The position numbers were made by a program, and so were the translations under genes. A stretch of DNA of 64,000 nt from Eledone cirrhosa. Its lineage: Eukaryota. This document shows positions 52,931 to 64,000 of this stretch, piece after piece. Below the pieces are notes generated by a model, which worked only from the letters and a program-made list of their open reading frames with translations, was not told the DNA's origin and ran no database searches. The stretch covers positions 288,424,001 through 288,488,000 of the forward strand of contig OZ024740.1 in the NCBI GenBank assembly GCA_964016885.1. The letters run 5' to 3'. Positions within the stretch are counted from its first letter, which is position 1; every line of letters begins with the position of its first letter.

Positions 52931-53561
52931 AAAGTCATGTACCTTCTATAGAGTCCAATAAAGTGCTACAAATCCAAACCTCCAATATGTATTTAGTCCA
53001 ATACTGTACCACATCTACTAATATAACTTTGCCATACATTTAGTCCAGCACTCTACCATTTTTATTACTGTAACTTTGTTCAATATTGTATTGTTTCTCT
53101 TAATAGAACTTTGCCATACATTTTGTGGACAATTTGATTAAATCAAACCATGTACTTGACTAGTACTTATTTTATCAATCTTGGCGGGATGAAAGGTGAA
53201 AGTCAACTTGTACTGTTTAAATTCAGAACATATTGCGACATGGCTAAGGCATTTAATTCATTGCCCTACTATTACTGCCACCCTCCACACAGAACTGCCC
53301 TTTTAATAAGAATAATAGTTTCTAATTTAAGCACAAGCCCAGCAATTTTGGAAGAGGAGAAAGTCAATTAAATAGGCTCTTCAATACTTGACTGGTACTT
53401 TATTTTATCAAACTCAGAAGGATGAAAGGCAAAGTTGATCTTGGTTGGATATGAACTCAAAATATAAAAAGTTGGAACAAATACCATAAAATATTTTGTC
53501 CTGTGCTCTAATGATTCTGCTAACAATAATGATTTCTAACATGGAAGAATATAGTGAATTA

Positions 53562-53754
53562 CCATATATATATACTTGAATATAAGCTGAGGAATATGTA
53601 ACCCCCAAAATCGATGGAAAAATGGGAGGTTAGCTTATGTACACCATCTAAACAATGTGCTGATTAGCTGCTTTGGTTTATAAACAGGGTTTGGATTTTT
53701 ACCTATTTCTCAGACATAAAACAGGGAGGGGTACTTATATTTGAGTATATATGG
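53562..53754. mobile_element. Tc1/mariner-pogo-type MITE
   Basis: TIRs ccatatat(at)atacttgaatataag / cttatatttgagtatatatgg, with TA on both sides. Confidence 0.65.
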
Positions 53755-54003
53755 TAGATCAATCGTGGTCTTGGAAGGATGAAAAGTAAAGTCAACCTGT
53801 ACAGATATACTCTGTAGTCCAGTATAGCATTGAACCAAACACTGTTAACATACCAGTAATTTATTAATTGAACTATCAGACTGATTTGCATACCATTGTA
53901 TATGCAAATCAATGTCTGACTTAGCCCTTATGAATGGTAGGTTTATAAACAATTTCTGCTTAAAACAGCTGCTCTTCTGTTTACTTAATTTGTTTTCCAT
54001 ATT

Positions 54004-54338
54004 GCATGGCTTAGTGGTTAGAGCATCGAACTTACAGTTGTGAGGTTGTGAGTTTGATTCTCGGACCTGACTTTGCGTTGTGTTCTTGTGCAAGATACTT
54101 TATTTCATATTGATCCAGTTCACTCAGCTGTAGAAATGAGTTGTAACATCACTGGTGCCAAGCTGTATTGGCTTTTGCCTTTCCCTTGGACAACATCAGT
54201 GGCTTGGAGAGGGGAAGACTGGTATGCATGGGCCACTACTGGTCTTCCACAAACAACCTTGCTTGGACTTTTGCCTCGGAGGGAAACTTTCTAGGTGCAA
54301 ATCCCATGGTCATTCGTGACCAAAGGGGATCTTGAACC
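54004..54338 (+). mobile_element. tRNA-derived SINE, near full length
   Basis: gcatggcttagtggttagag head, B-box-like gagtttgattctc; body and tail shared with 18178. Confidence 0.8.
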
Positions 54339-54656
54339 TCTCTGTGAACATATTCCCAAGCTGTGGTGCACACCTTACATTTTGGTGGGCTGTAGGGCTT
54401 CAGAATAAGGTTTTATATGATACAGTATATTTTTCTTAAGCATAGCAGGGGGGGGGGGGGGGGGGTAAACATTTTTATTATTTTTTTTTTTTTACTTTGA
54501 AATGAAAGTTAGGTCCTGTACAAAAAAATTGGGAAACACTTAGGCTGTATCCAAAAGCAAGTCAGTTGACTGCTTAACAAAGACTAGTTCTCCAACACAT
54601 TGCAATCAACAGCTCACATATCCATTATTACTTCTTAACTACTGCTGCTGCTTTTT

Positions 54657-54669
54657 CTACTACTACTAT

Positions 54670-54760
<91 letters not shown>
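54657..54760. repeat. (ACT)n(AAT)n microsatellite
   Basis: Directly visible. Confidence 0.95.
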
Positions 54761-54762
<2 letters not shown>

Positions 54763-55185
54763 CACCACCCCTGGTACCTCCTCCTCAGCCTCTGCCCTTC
54801 TTCATTAGCAAACCACATATCCCCCTTCTCTTTGCCAGGTTTTATACACTTATTTCTCTTCTCATCAGTTTGCACTGTTCCAACTGAACAACCATATCAA
54901 TTTCACCAGCTTGCAAAGATCCGTGGGCACTGCATCCCCTCATCTGTCTAACTGATAAAAATTGTAGGTATATGTGTGTATATACTTGGGTTTTATTTCT
55001 ACTGGTTCCACACACCTACACGTTTGTGTGTGTGAAGGGTGTGTTCTAGGGGTTAGGTTGTTGGACTCGTGATCATAAGGTTGTGTTGTGTTCTTGAGCC
55101 AGTTGCTTTATTTCATGTTGCTTTTCATGATACGACTGGACTCTCTAAAACACCTGAGAAATCTCCTGTGAGGTTTGTGTGTGCG

Positions 55186-55226
55186 CACACACACACGCAC
55201 GCACGCACGCACGCACGCACGCACAC

Positions 55227-55310
<84 letters not shown>
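55186..55310. repeat. (CA)n/(GCAC)n microsatellite
   Basis: Directly visible. Confidence 0.95.
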
Positions 55311-55312
<2 letters not shown>

Positions 55313-55546
55313 TCCAGGATGGTGAACTGGCAGAATTGTTAGTGTTGAATTGGATGCCTTGGTCTCTCTGTTCTGGTTCTTTGCATTCCAAGTTCAAATT
55401 CTACCTGGGTGCTGATGGTCAGAGCTAATCACATCCTTGGGAGAACTCCATCCCACCCTAAATTGGCCAGCATGGGCAGGTAGGTAGGCCAACAACCAGC
55501 ATATGCCTTCATCAGCAGTGGATTGCTGATGGCTAGACAAAGTGGA

Positions 55547-55577
<31 letters not shown>

Positions 55578-55721
55578 ATTAGAATTTGAATTTAGCTTCA
55601 AACATGGCTGTATAAAAATATGTATTGGAATTTTGTATTTCTAAAGAAATACAGTATGTTTATAAATACATTTAGAAAGTCATAGCTATGAAAAACACTG
55701 GCAGTAACGCCACCCAGCGGT

Positions 55722-55815
55722 GTCCAGCAGAAGCAAGGGGGGACAATCATCGATGCATTTCCAACTCAACTGGTTCTCGTCAGGACGATCTCTCCCACTC
55801 TTGCTACTGCTGGAC
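55722..55815 (-). ncRNA. Minimal hammerhead ribozyme with long stem I
   Basis: atcgtc-CTGACGA-gaac cagttga gttg-GAAA-tgca-TC-gatgat; stem I extends via gtccagcagtagcaag / cttgcttctgctggac; first stem II pair is mismatched (G/G). Confidence 0.65.
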
Positions 55816-55912
55816 TTTGAAAACAGACACACACACACACATATATATTATGAATAAGAGAGATGGGTTTTATTTGTACATCTTATTTATATATATATAT
55901 ATCTTCATTTAT

Positions 55913-56043
55913 TATGGCGAAGCAGTGAGCCTTGTTACTCTGAAGTTTCAACTGTGCATTAGCAGGATCATCAGATAATGGCTGATGATTGTGCTAGTGT
56001 GCAGGTGAAACTTCAGAGTAACAAAGCTCACTGCATAGCCATA
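55913..56043. repeat. Short fold-back with two back-to-back hammerhead cores lacking the 5' strand of stem I
   Basis: Arms 55913-55974 / 55982-56043; CTGATGA 55982-55988, GAAA 56007-56010, stem III cttcagag, GUA triplet. Confidence 0.65.
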
Positions 56044-56565
56044 TCATCATCATCATTATAACGTCTTCTTACCCTGCTAGCAAGGGAAACTCTACTTTGG
56101 TATTGAGTACTTTTTCTTGCGTCCATCAGCAACACAACGATATATATATATATATATATATATAATGTGTGTGTAATGTATATTTATATAATGTATATGT
56201 AATCTCTGCCAACCAGCTGTGAAATAACTAGTTGTGTCTGTTGCTTCTTACTTCCCACATGTTCTGAAAAATTCCAGAGGTCAGATGTTAATATTATTCA
56301 GTGTGTATGTTTGTTTGTGGAGGGGGTTAATGTGGTTGTATGAAGGAAGAGAGTAGGTCTTCTAATAACTATGTATGGAAAGAAAGAAAGGGCTATTTAT
56401 ACTAATCATACCAGGCATGATTTGTCAATATCTATTTCGAATGGAGGAGTAGGTGATGGTGGTGATGGTGGTTGTGGTGACAATGGGCATACCTATGTGA
56501 TGATTAATTTATAGGCAACATGACACCCAACACCCTCTTATGTGTATGTATATGTAAATCTGTGA

Positions 56566-56632
<67 letters not shown>

Positions 56633-56966
56633 CATGTGTGATATGTCCACTGATACTTGTGTGTGTATAAGTATGACACTATTTCTCCTCCTCCACTCCT
56701 GATCAGCAACTGTTCTCTCTCTCTTCCTTTCCCTCTCTATGTTCACCCCCCCCTCCCCAGCACACAAATCTAATTTACTTTCTCTTTACCTCTTCCTGCT
56801 CACATCGTATCTCTCTCTCTCTCATTAAGATCTTAAACTCTCCAACTCTCCCCTCTCTTTCTCTCAGCTTCATTTCTATATCTGTCACCTTTAACTTTTG
56901 TAAAGTTCCTGTAACACTCTTGCCCTCCCTCACATTATTGTCTCACCACTTTCCTGTAGTCCCCCC

Positions 56967-57128
<162 letters not shown>

Positions 57129-58704
57129 GTGTGTGTGTCACCACTTGCACCCTCCTTCCACCCTGACAGACCTCTTTTACCAGTTCAGCTGGGAAACTTT
57201 TACATGTAAGGTGGCACTGTAGATTCTCTTAACTTCTTCATGAAGGTAAAGAAACGCATTGTACTTTACTTAAATACTTGTAATGTGTGTGTGTGTGTAT
57301 GAATGTATGTATGTGTGTATATACATTCCATACCCACAAATATATATGTACACACATACTTATCAGCATGCAAATATATATGTATGCATGCATACCAACA
57401 CATACAAGTTGTATGTGTGGGCATGTGTAGTGAGACACACACTAACATTATGTATACATTACACACCTTTTGCACTTATGTATATTATTTGTTTGATATT
57501 TATGTTGACATAGATTAGACTTATCTAATATTCTGATTTTATTTGATTTCTTTACACACACACACACACACACTCACATACATACCCACTCAAACACACA
57601 CACACATTCAAATGCACACTCACACACCCATCCATTCGCATACACCCATTTGCACTCTCCCACTCACACACACTCAAACACACACACATCCACTCAAACA
57701 CGCACACACCTTATTTTCATTAAAATATTGCTCCTGGGTAAATTATATTAAAGGGCTAGTGTGAGTAGTAGTTTTTAACACAGGTACTGACTTCAATTAT
57801 TCACTGGTATAAGGGGCATAGAGAAATGAGAGAAAGCATATGTTTGGAACAGTAGGTATTTTGGGATCTGGGTGTACATTTATGTGTGGCCTCTCCTTTT
57901 GTTAAATGAATGAGAGCCCTAGTTTATTTTTATACATTGTGAGTGTGTTTGTATGTTTATGTATGTGTGTATATGTTTGTGTGTGAAAGAGAGTGAGAGA
58001 CGCATCATATTTTTTCATGTGTGTTTCTATGGAATTTTCTGAACTGCACTGTACTGTAATATTTGTCTCTTTGTTGCCCATGTGGCAAACAAAGTTATAA
58101 CAAGACTAGCAACAACACTGTTTCGCCAACAAGGAAGCCTCTCATTCATCGCTCAACTTACTGAAAATAGCTGGCGACCAATCTCCTTCATAATGCACTT
58201 CACTGCCTTAACCCTTTAGAATTTACATTACTCCATATTTACTATTGTACTTTCACAGTAAAGGCTTTCCCTCACATAATTATCTCACATAATATTGAAT
58301 TGATGAGATTTTGATATTATTTATTTTGAGAACAATACCTTAACATAAGTATGAGCTGCTGGTTCCAGCCGGTTTGAACAGGAAGAGGTGAGAGAATTTT
58401 GGCTAGATATGGCTGGTTTGAATGCTAAAGTTTTAAGAAAGGAATTAATTGGATAATGTGACTGATGGGATGATCCAGGATGATCACTGCTTGAATTGCT
58501 TTTTGTAAGATTAGGCTTGCTTGATCAGAGCTGACCTGGGGCTAAACAACAATAACATGACTTCTAATATATTGACACACAGCCATAAATTCATTAGTGA
58601 TGTTATAGTCACTTGTAGAGCAGAAAGTCATGTATTGGATCCACTTCTTGACCTGTTCTTTATTTTATCAACCCCAGAAGGGTGAATAGTAAAGTTACAG
58701 ACAC

Positions 58705-59010
58705 ATACTCAGAGTAGGCCCATTCACTCAGGCCATTCTTGCCTCTCTCACCCATCTTTCAACAAAATGCTGGGAAGAGAGCACTTCCCTCTCTACCCTG
58801 ATTTTCCTTTTCAACTGAAATTCGAAAAAGTTAATCAGGGCATCATCGAAGAGGTAAGTGCTCGTCTTCAGCCCTTTCAAACGTGTCCACCATACTATCT
58901 CTTTCACCATGGCCACCAGACAGATAAAAACTGCCTGCCCTTCCCAGCTAAAGGAAGAGGGCGGGGCAATCCTCACGATAGACTCAGCTGATAGCTGGAT
59001 CCGTCCTACA
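58705..59010 (-). mobile_element. L1/Tx1-clade LINE ORF2 C-terminal remnant
   Basis: FICLVAMVKEIVWWTRLKG..LINFFEFQLKRKIRVERE..FVERW resembles the Tx1 KxxIWxxR..FxxxW terminus. Confidence 0.6.
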
Positions 59011-59739
59011 CATAATAATAATGATGATGATTTCTAACATAGGCATAAGCTTATGAATTTTGTTGGGGGATACAGTCAATTAGATTATCCCTAGTACTGG
59101 ATTGGTATTTTATTTTATCACCTTTTGAATGTTGAAAAGCGAAGCTGAACACTGCTTGGTTTGAACTCTAAATGTAAATTACCAAATAGAAGTGTTGTAC
59201 TAAATTCTTGGCAGTATGTTAACCCATGGATTCTTCATTCAGAGTTCATATCCTGTTGGGTTGAACTTTGTCTTTCATCCCTCTGGGAGGAACGGGCTCA
59301 ATGAAATAAGCTCTGTAATGTACGGAGGTCAATTCAATTCAATATATTTGTCTCGTGTGTTCTTTTGGGTAAATATAAGAACTAATTAATACTGTTATTA
59401 TATAGTTGTAGTAAGGGTGGTAGATTGGCAGAAATGTTAGGTGTTGGATGAAGTGCTTTATGATACTGTCTCTTTTTTTTATGTTCTGTTCAAATCCTGC
59501 TGAAGTCAACTTTGCCTTTCATTCTGCTAAGGCTGATGAAATACAGTACCTGTCCATTACTGGTGTCAATGTAACTGACTTTATCCTCCTACAAGATTGC
59601 TGGCCTTGTGCCTATGTTAGAATTTTAGAAACCATTATATGGTTATGGTGGAATGGCTGAAACAGTTGAGTTTCGAGGTATTAATTGTGTTATTTATTTG
59701 CATCTGTTTACAGTTAGTGTTCAAATCCCATAGGGGTTG

Positions 59740-59930
59740 ATTTACTGATCCTCTATCATACTGTTCTCTTCTGTCCCTACTACAATAATTCCTGCCCCTC
59801 TGAACTAGCAAGCTGTGTGCCACCTCTGCCTCCAGCCTCATGAAGCCCCATGGTGTCTTTCTCCCACCAAATCCTGCAGTAATCAGTTTAACTAAACCTT
59901 CCTCTACAGAACTGTGGCCCTGTTGAGACA
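59740..59930 (+). mobile_element. Degenerate CR1/Zenon-like ORF2 remnant
   Basis: LFCPYYNNSCPSELASCVPP..FLYRTVAL resembles LFYRYxxGxCSxELxxxxPP..SFFxRTxxLW. Confidence 0.45.
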
Positions 59931-61342
59931 AAATATATAATCAACCTCATAGTATCACCAGTTTGGGAAAGCCTATAAAGGTTCTTACATGAATCAAGTA
60001 TTACAGTGTCTGTCTCCTACTTTAATTTCGTTTTATTGTGGAATCCATTTATTTAGGAATTAAGTATTTTTGAAAGCAATAACTAGCTAACATTAAGCAA
60101 ATAAAGACCCAATAATTTTGATAACAATAACTGGTTGATAACATTATTTGCTATTATAGTATGTGGTTTCTACTCTAATAATCTGTTTTTCTGAATTTAA
60201 ATTCCTCCTGGTTAACTTTTGCCTTCATCCTTTTAGGATTTATAAGCTAAACACCAGATAATTACTGGGTTAACCTTGTACCTTGTTTTAGAAATTGTTG
60301 TTGTTTAGCTCCTGAGTAGATCTATGATCAAAGGTTTTCCAACCATGACCTGTCCATCCTTCTTTTAGGCATAGTATATCTCAGATTACATTATCATGTG
60401 ACCTTTCTTTATTGATATGACAGGATGTAATTTGATTGGGATTTGTTTACTATTTCTAGTAAGTCAAACAACTAAATAGTTTCCTTTGTTGGCTTAAAGA
60501 AAGAGTAGTTTGGTACATGGATAATATTGTTGATTTGATTGGCGTTTAGTTATGTACTGAGTTGAATGCTCACTTTACTTTACATCTTGGTTGAATAAAA
60601 AAAAAAAATAACAAGTTACCTACTTTTTAAAGTCAAATAAGGAAGGGCAATGCCCATGATCATTATAAGATCATTTAGACTGGTGTGGGAAATAGGGAAC
60701 GAAACCACTATTCTTTGGTTGCTGCTTACCACAACTTCTATAAGGTAGCCCAATTGGAAGTCTGGTCATGTAGCTAGCTCATTCAGAAAATATGGTCTGT
60801 CTTTCAAGGCATGACTCATGCGTTGGACCTCCTGTTGTGTCTGTTGGAGAGTTTCCATTTGATGACTACTTCCACCTGTACTCCCTCTAACAAACTATGG
60901 CACTATGCAATGGAAGCTGCTGTGGGAAGCAGTATCTCAAGATAGCAATTCTCTGATCTGACAGTGGACTCTATCAAATGCATCAAACAACTAAATGGTA
61001 GTTTAAAACCATGCTATAGATTAAAAGTCTATTGACTTTATGTCCCCTAAAATTTGCATTCTTTTATTTAATGTTGGAAATAATTGTTATTAATATTGTT
61101 ACTGTTAATTAAGACAGTAGGAGTAACAGAAATGGTATAGTCCCAGACAATATACATTATTATATCTAGTTTTATTCCTTTGTTTTGAGTTGAAATCCTG
61201 TTGTGATCCTTTTAAATCTCTAGCTTTGATAAAATATGTACCAGTCACATATGGGGATCAATATAATTCTGCTATATAATGTAACTGAAATCAAGATTCT
61301 TATGTAAATGTGTTAGAACACAACAAAAGTTGTTTTTTTTTA

Positions 61343-61612
61343 TCTATATATCTAAAACAGAGAATGTCTATCTGTCTCACTCCCTAAAACTCGAGAACCA
61401 CCCAACCGATTGTTTTCAAACTTTACACATGTAATACTTATGGTCGTGTGAGTGTTTTGAGCAAACAATATTTCAAATTTTCAATGCCATAGGGACCGCA
61501 TTAGGCGCCGTTTAGCGATCACTCTATAATTCTTAGTCTGTCTTTTTAGATAGATACATAGCTATAATATCTGTATGTCTGGCTGTCTGCATTACGACAT
61601 TATGACGCTATC

Positions 61613-61673
<61 letters not shown>

Positions 61674-62109
61674 CGTGTGACGTTTTTCGAAATATTTACT
61701 TCTGCGTTCACAGATTGATTTTTTTTTTTAGTTTCAGAAGATCCCGTTAAGAGTGAAAGCGATCCTTTGCTTAAACTTTAATCTGTTATTTTAATATATA
61801 TATATATATAATTATATATTCGTGTACAGATATTTTTGCATACACAATAACAAAATATAAACAAACGTATTTATTTCACGAGGCTCGACAGCAGTAAAAA
61901 CAACAACAACAAAAAAGAGAGGGAACGCAATTACATACTTTTGAAAATTCTTAATGGAAAATTATTTGCCTATTCACCCAAGGCGACTTCACTTTTTATT
62001 AGGACTTCTGCATCAATTGGTGAACATATGACGTAACTGTTTCAGAAAGCAGGGATAAACATGCCAATCTATGTTTAGAATCCCGAGCAACGCCGGGCCA
62101 TTCTGCTAA
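61343..62109 (+). mobile_element. Non-autonomous Helitron
   Basis: A|TCTATATATCTAAAA start; 3' hairpin cccgagcaacgccggg then CTAA|T; last ~70 bp shared with 6086-6157. Confidence 0.8.
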
Positions 62110-62623
62110 TATCTATCTAAAAATATATTGGACATTGTATCAACTGTGAAAATCTCACTTTTTCAATCATATGATAATGAGATTTTACTTGCGATTTCAT
62201 TTAGATTATGAACAATTCTATGACTAGTTTCTTGCTGGTTGGTGCTTGTGTCTGGACGAGGGAGGGAGAGGTGGCAGTTACAGGCATGTTGGTAGGAAAA
62301 ATGTTAAGTAAGAAACCATTAGTCAGAATGTATGCAAGTATTTTAACTGAAATATCTTCAGGTATTCCAGTCATTCAAGTAATTACAGAATTAATTAACT
62401 TGTGATTAATTTTGGATTAACGAAAGGAATAATATTTGTATTTTTTTTTTTAAAACTGTCTACCATTGAGACCTCACTTGCTAAGTATTCTTCAAAAACA
62501 TTTGAAAAGAAGAAGCAACTGTTTTTACTCCATACATAACTACAGTTAAAGGAAAGCCAGGGAAGGGGATTAACAGACTTAACTGTCGATATTTTGTGAT
62601 ATGACAATGCTAATAGTAATAAT

Positions 62624-62797
62624 TGTTTCTACGTTAGGCACAAGGCCAGCAATTACCCAGTGTATTACTGGTACTTTATTTTATCGACCCCGTAAGGATG
62701 AAAGGCAAAGTTAACCTCAGCGGGATTTGAACTCAGAATGGCAAGGGCCGTAACTCTATGGCGTCCGACCCTCTACCAATACTGCCAATCCACCGCC
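62624..62797 (-). mobile_element. tRNA-derived SINE, full length (family of 30193)
   Basis: 20-bp TSD acaatgctaatagtaataat (62604-62623, 62798-62817). Confidence 0.9.
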
Positions 62798-63855
62798 ACA
62801 ATGCTAATAGTAATAATGAAGGTTGCGAATTGGCAGAGGTGTTAGACCGTTAGAGAGAATAATTTGCCATATTCATTTTGACTCTCTGCTCTTTGAATGC
62901 AAATCCTGTTGGTGTCAACTTTGCCTTTCATTCATTCAAGGTCGTTAAAAAAGTACCAGTCTAGTACTGGGGTCGATTCTTCCTCTATATCCCTTTCTCA
63001 TTTCCATTCTCTCGCTCTCGATTCTTCTCTGGAAGAAATCTACTGTGTTCAGACCAGGAAAGATGATGAGCTCCGCCATGTTTTTAAAGAATGCTCTAGA
63101 AATACTATATGTCAATGCTGCACCCCTAAGACTACCCCAGGAGTTACGGGTCCATACCATAATGATAGTAATAATAATTTTAGGATGAAATGTAAACAAG
63201 GGGGTGGGGAGACAACAATAGAAAGGAACTTGCTTTATTTCATTTTTACCCCCCCCCCTCTCTCTCCCTCACACACACACACATTGTATTACGTTGGCAA
63301 ATTGTGCTCCATAAAAAGTAAAGTGTATTGTGCTCCATAAAGAGTAAAGTGTTGGCCCATTGCCATATAAAAAGTCAAGAGTCAACTTTAATGTATGTTC
63401 AAAGAGAAAAGTAGCAATAGTTTTGAAGTCTGGGCTTTAAAGAGCCTCTTCTGGCAGTCTGAAGAAATTCATTAACCTTTTCATTACCTTATTTTTAAAA
63501 TAAAATCCACTGCCTATGGTTTTCTATTAATTTTGAAATTAATCCAGAATTTATAGGGATTTTGTAATATAATGAACATTTCATAACTTAAAATTTTCTT
63601 ACATATGATGAAAAGTTTTAATTTACTTATGAACACTTTAAAAAAAGCTGCTTTGTATTATAGAACAAGGGGCAATTCCAGGCAGCTTGGTATCAAAAGT
63701 GATAAAACTGAAACTTTGAAGTCACTGTTGTGTGGTGAACATTGCTACAGCTTGTTTTGTGTGGATGTGCTATAGGTTATACAGAGGCACTCATTTAACA
63801 TGGCACCAGGTTCACATCATTGCTATTCTGAGTTTCCTGTGTAGAGTTATGTATG

Positions 63856-64000
63856 TCTTCTTCTTTGCTCATTTATTCCTGGGAGGATCGTGAGGAAAGA
63901 GTCCTCATACACTCCTTCTAGCGGGTCCTGTCAGAAGCAACCATCTCCAGCTAATCCAGCTGGATCCCCAAGCGTGACCAGCCAAGCTCATGGATGTTAT
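63856..64000 (-). mobile_element. RTE LINE 3' end running off the window
   Basis: LEMVASDRTR*KECMRTL (AxDRxxWR motif) followed by an (AAG)n tail. Confidence 0.55.

Noticed and set aside
63302-63350. 26-bp tandem duplication (also about 892-978)
   Set aside because: Simple slippage duplications with no further structure.

Overview
AT-rich, repeat-saturated animal genomic DNA. The repeat families (RTE/RTE-X, CR1, Tx1 and Penelope-like retroelements, several tRNA-derived SINEs, Helitrons, hAT/piggyBac/mariner/Merlin MITEs, and kilobase (TA)n/(TATG)n arrays) look most like a cephalopod (octopus) genome; that assignment is inference. No host protein-coding gene can be supported. Almost all long ORFs in the track are microsatellite translations (YI/YM/ER/HT runs), and the real coding sequence is transposon-derived: a stop-free 377-codon RT ORF at 34362-35495, CR1 RT at 48355-49305, and remnants of RTE, Tx1, Penelope RT/GIY-YIG, mariner and Merlin. 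A 200-N scaffold gap lies at 28523-28722. The strongest signal not captured by the ORF track is a set of minimal type-I hammerhead ribozyme motifs (near 8.3-8.6, 15.9/16.5, 40.1, 41.0, 55.7 and 56.0 kb). They sit in Penelope-type fold-back inverted repeats next to TA microsatellites, and include a U3:A8 compensatory core variant and one with a large branched stem II. All alignments and folds were done by eye.
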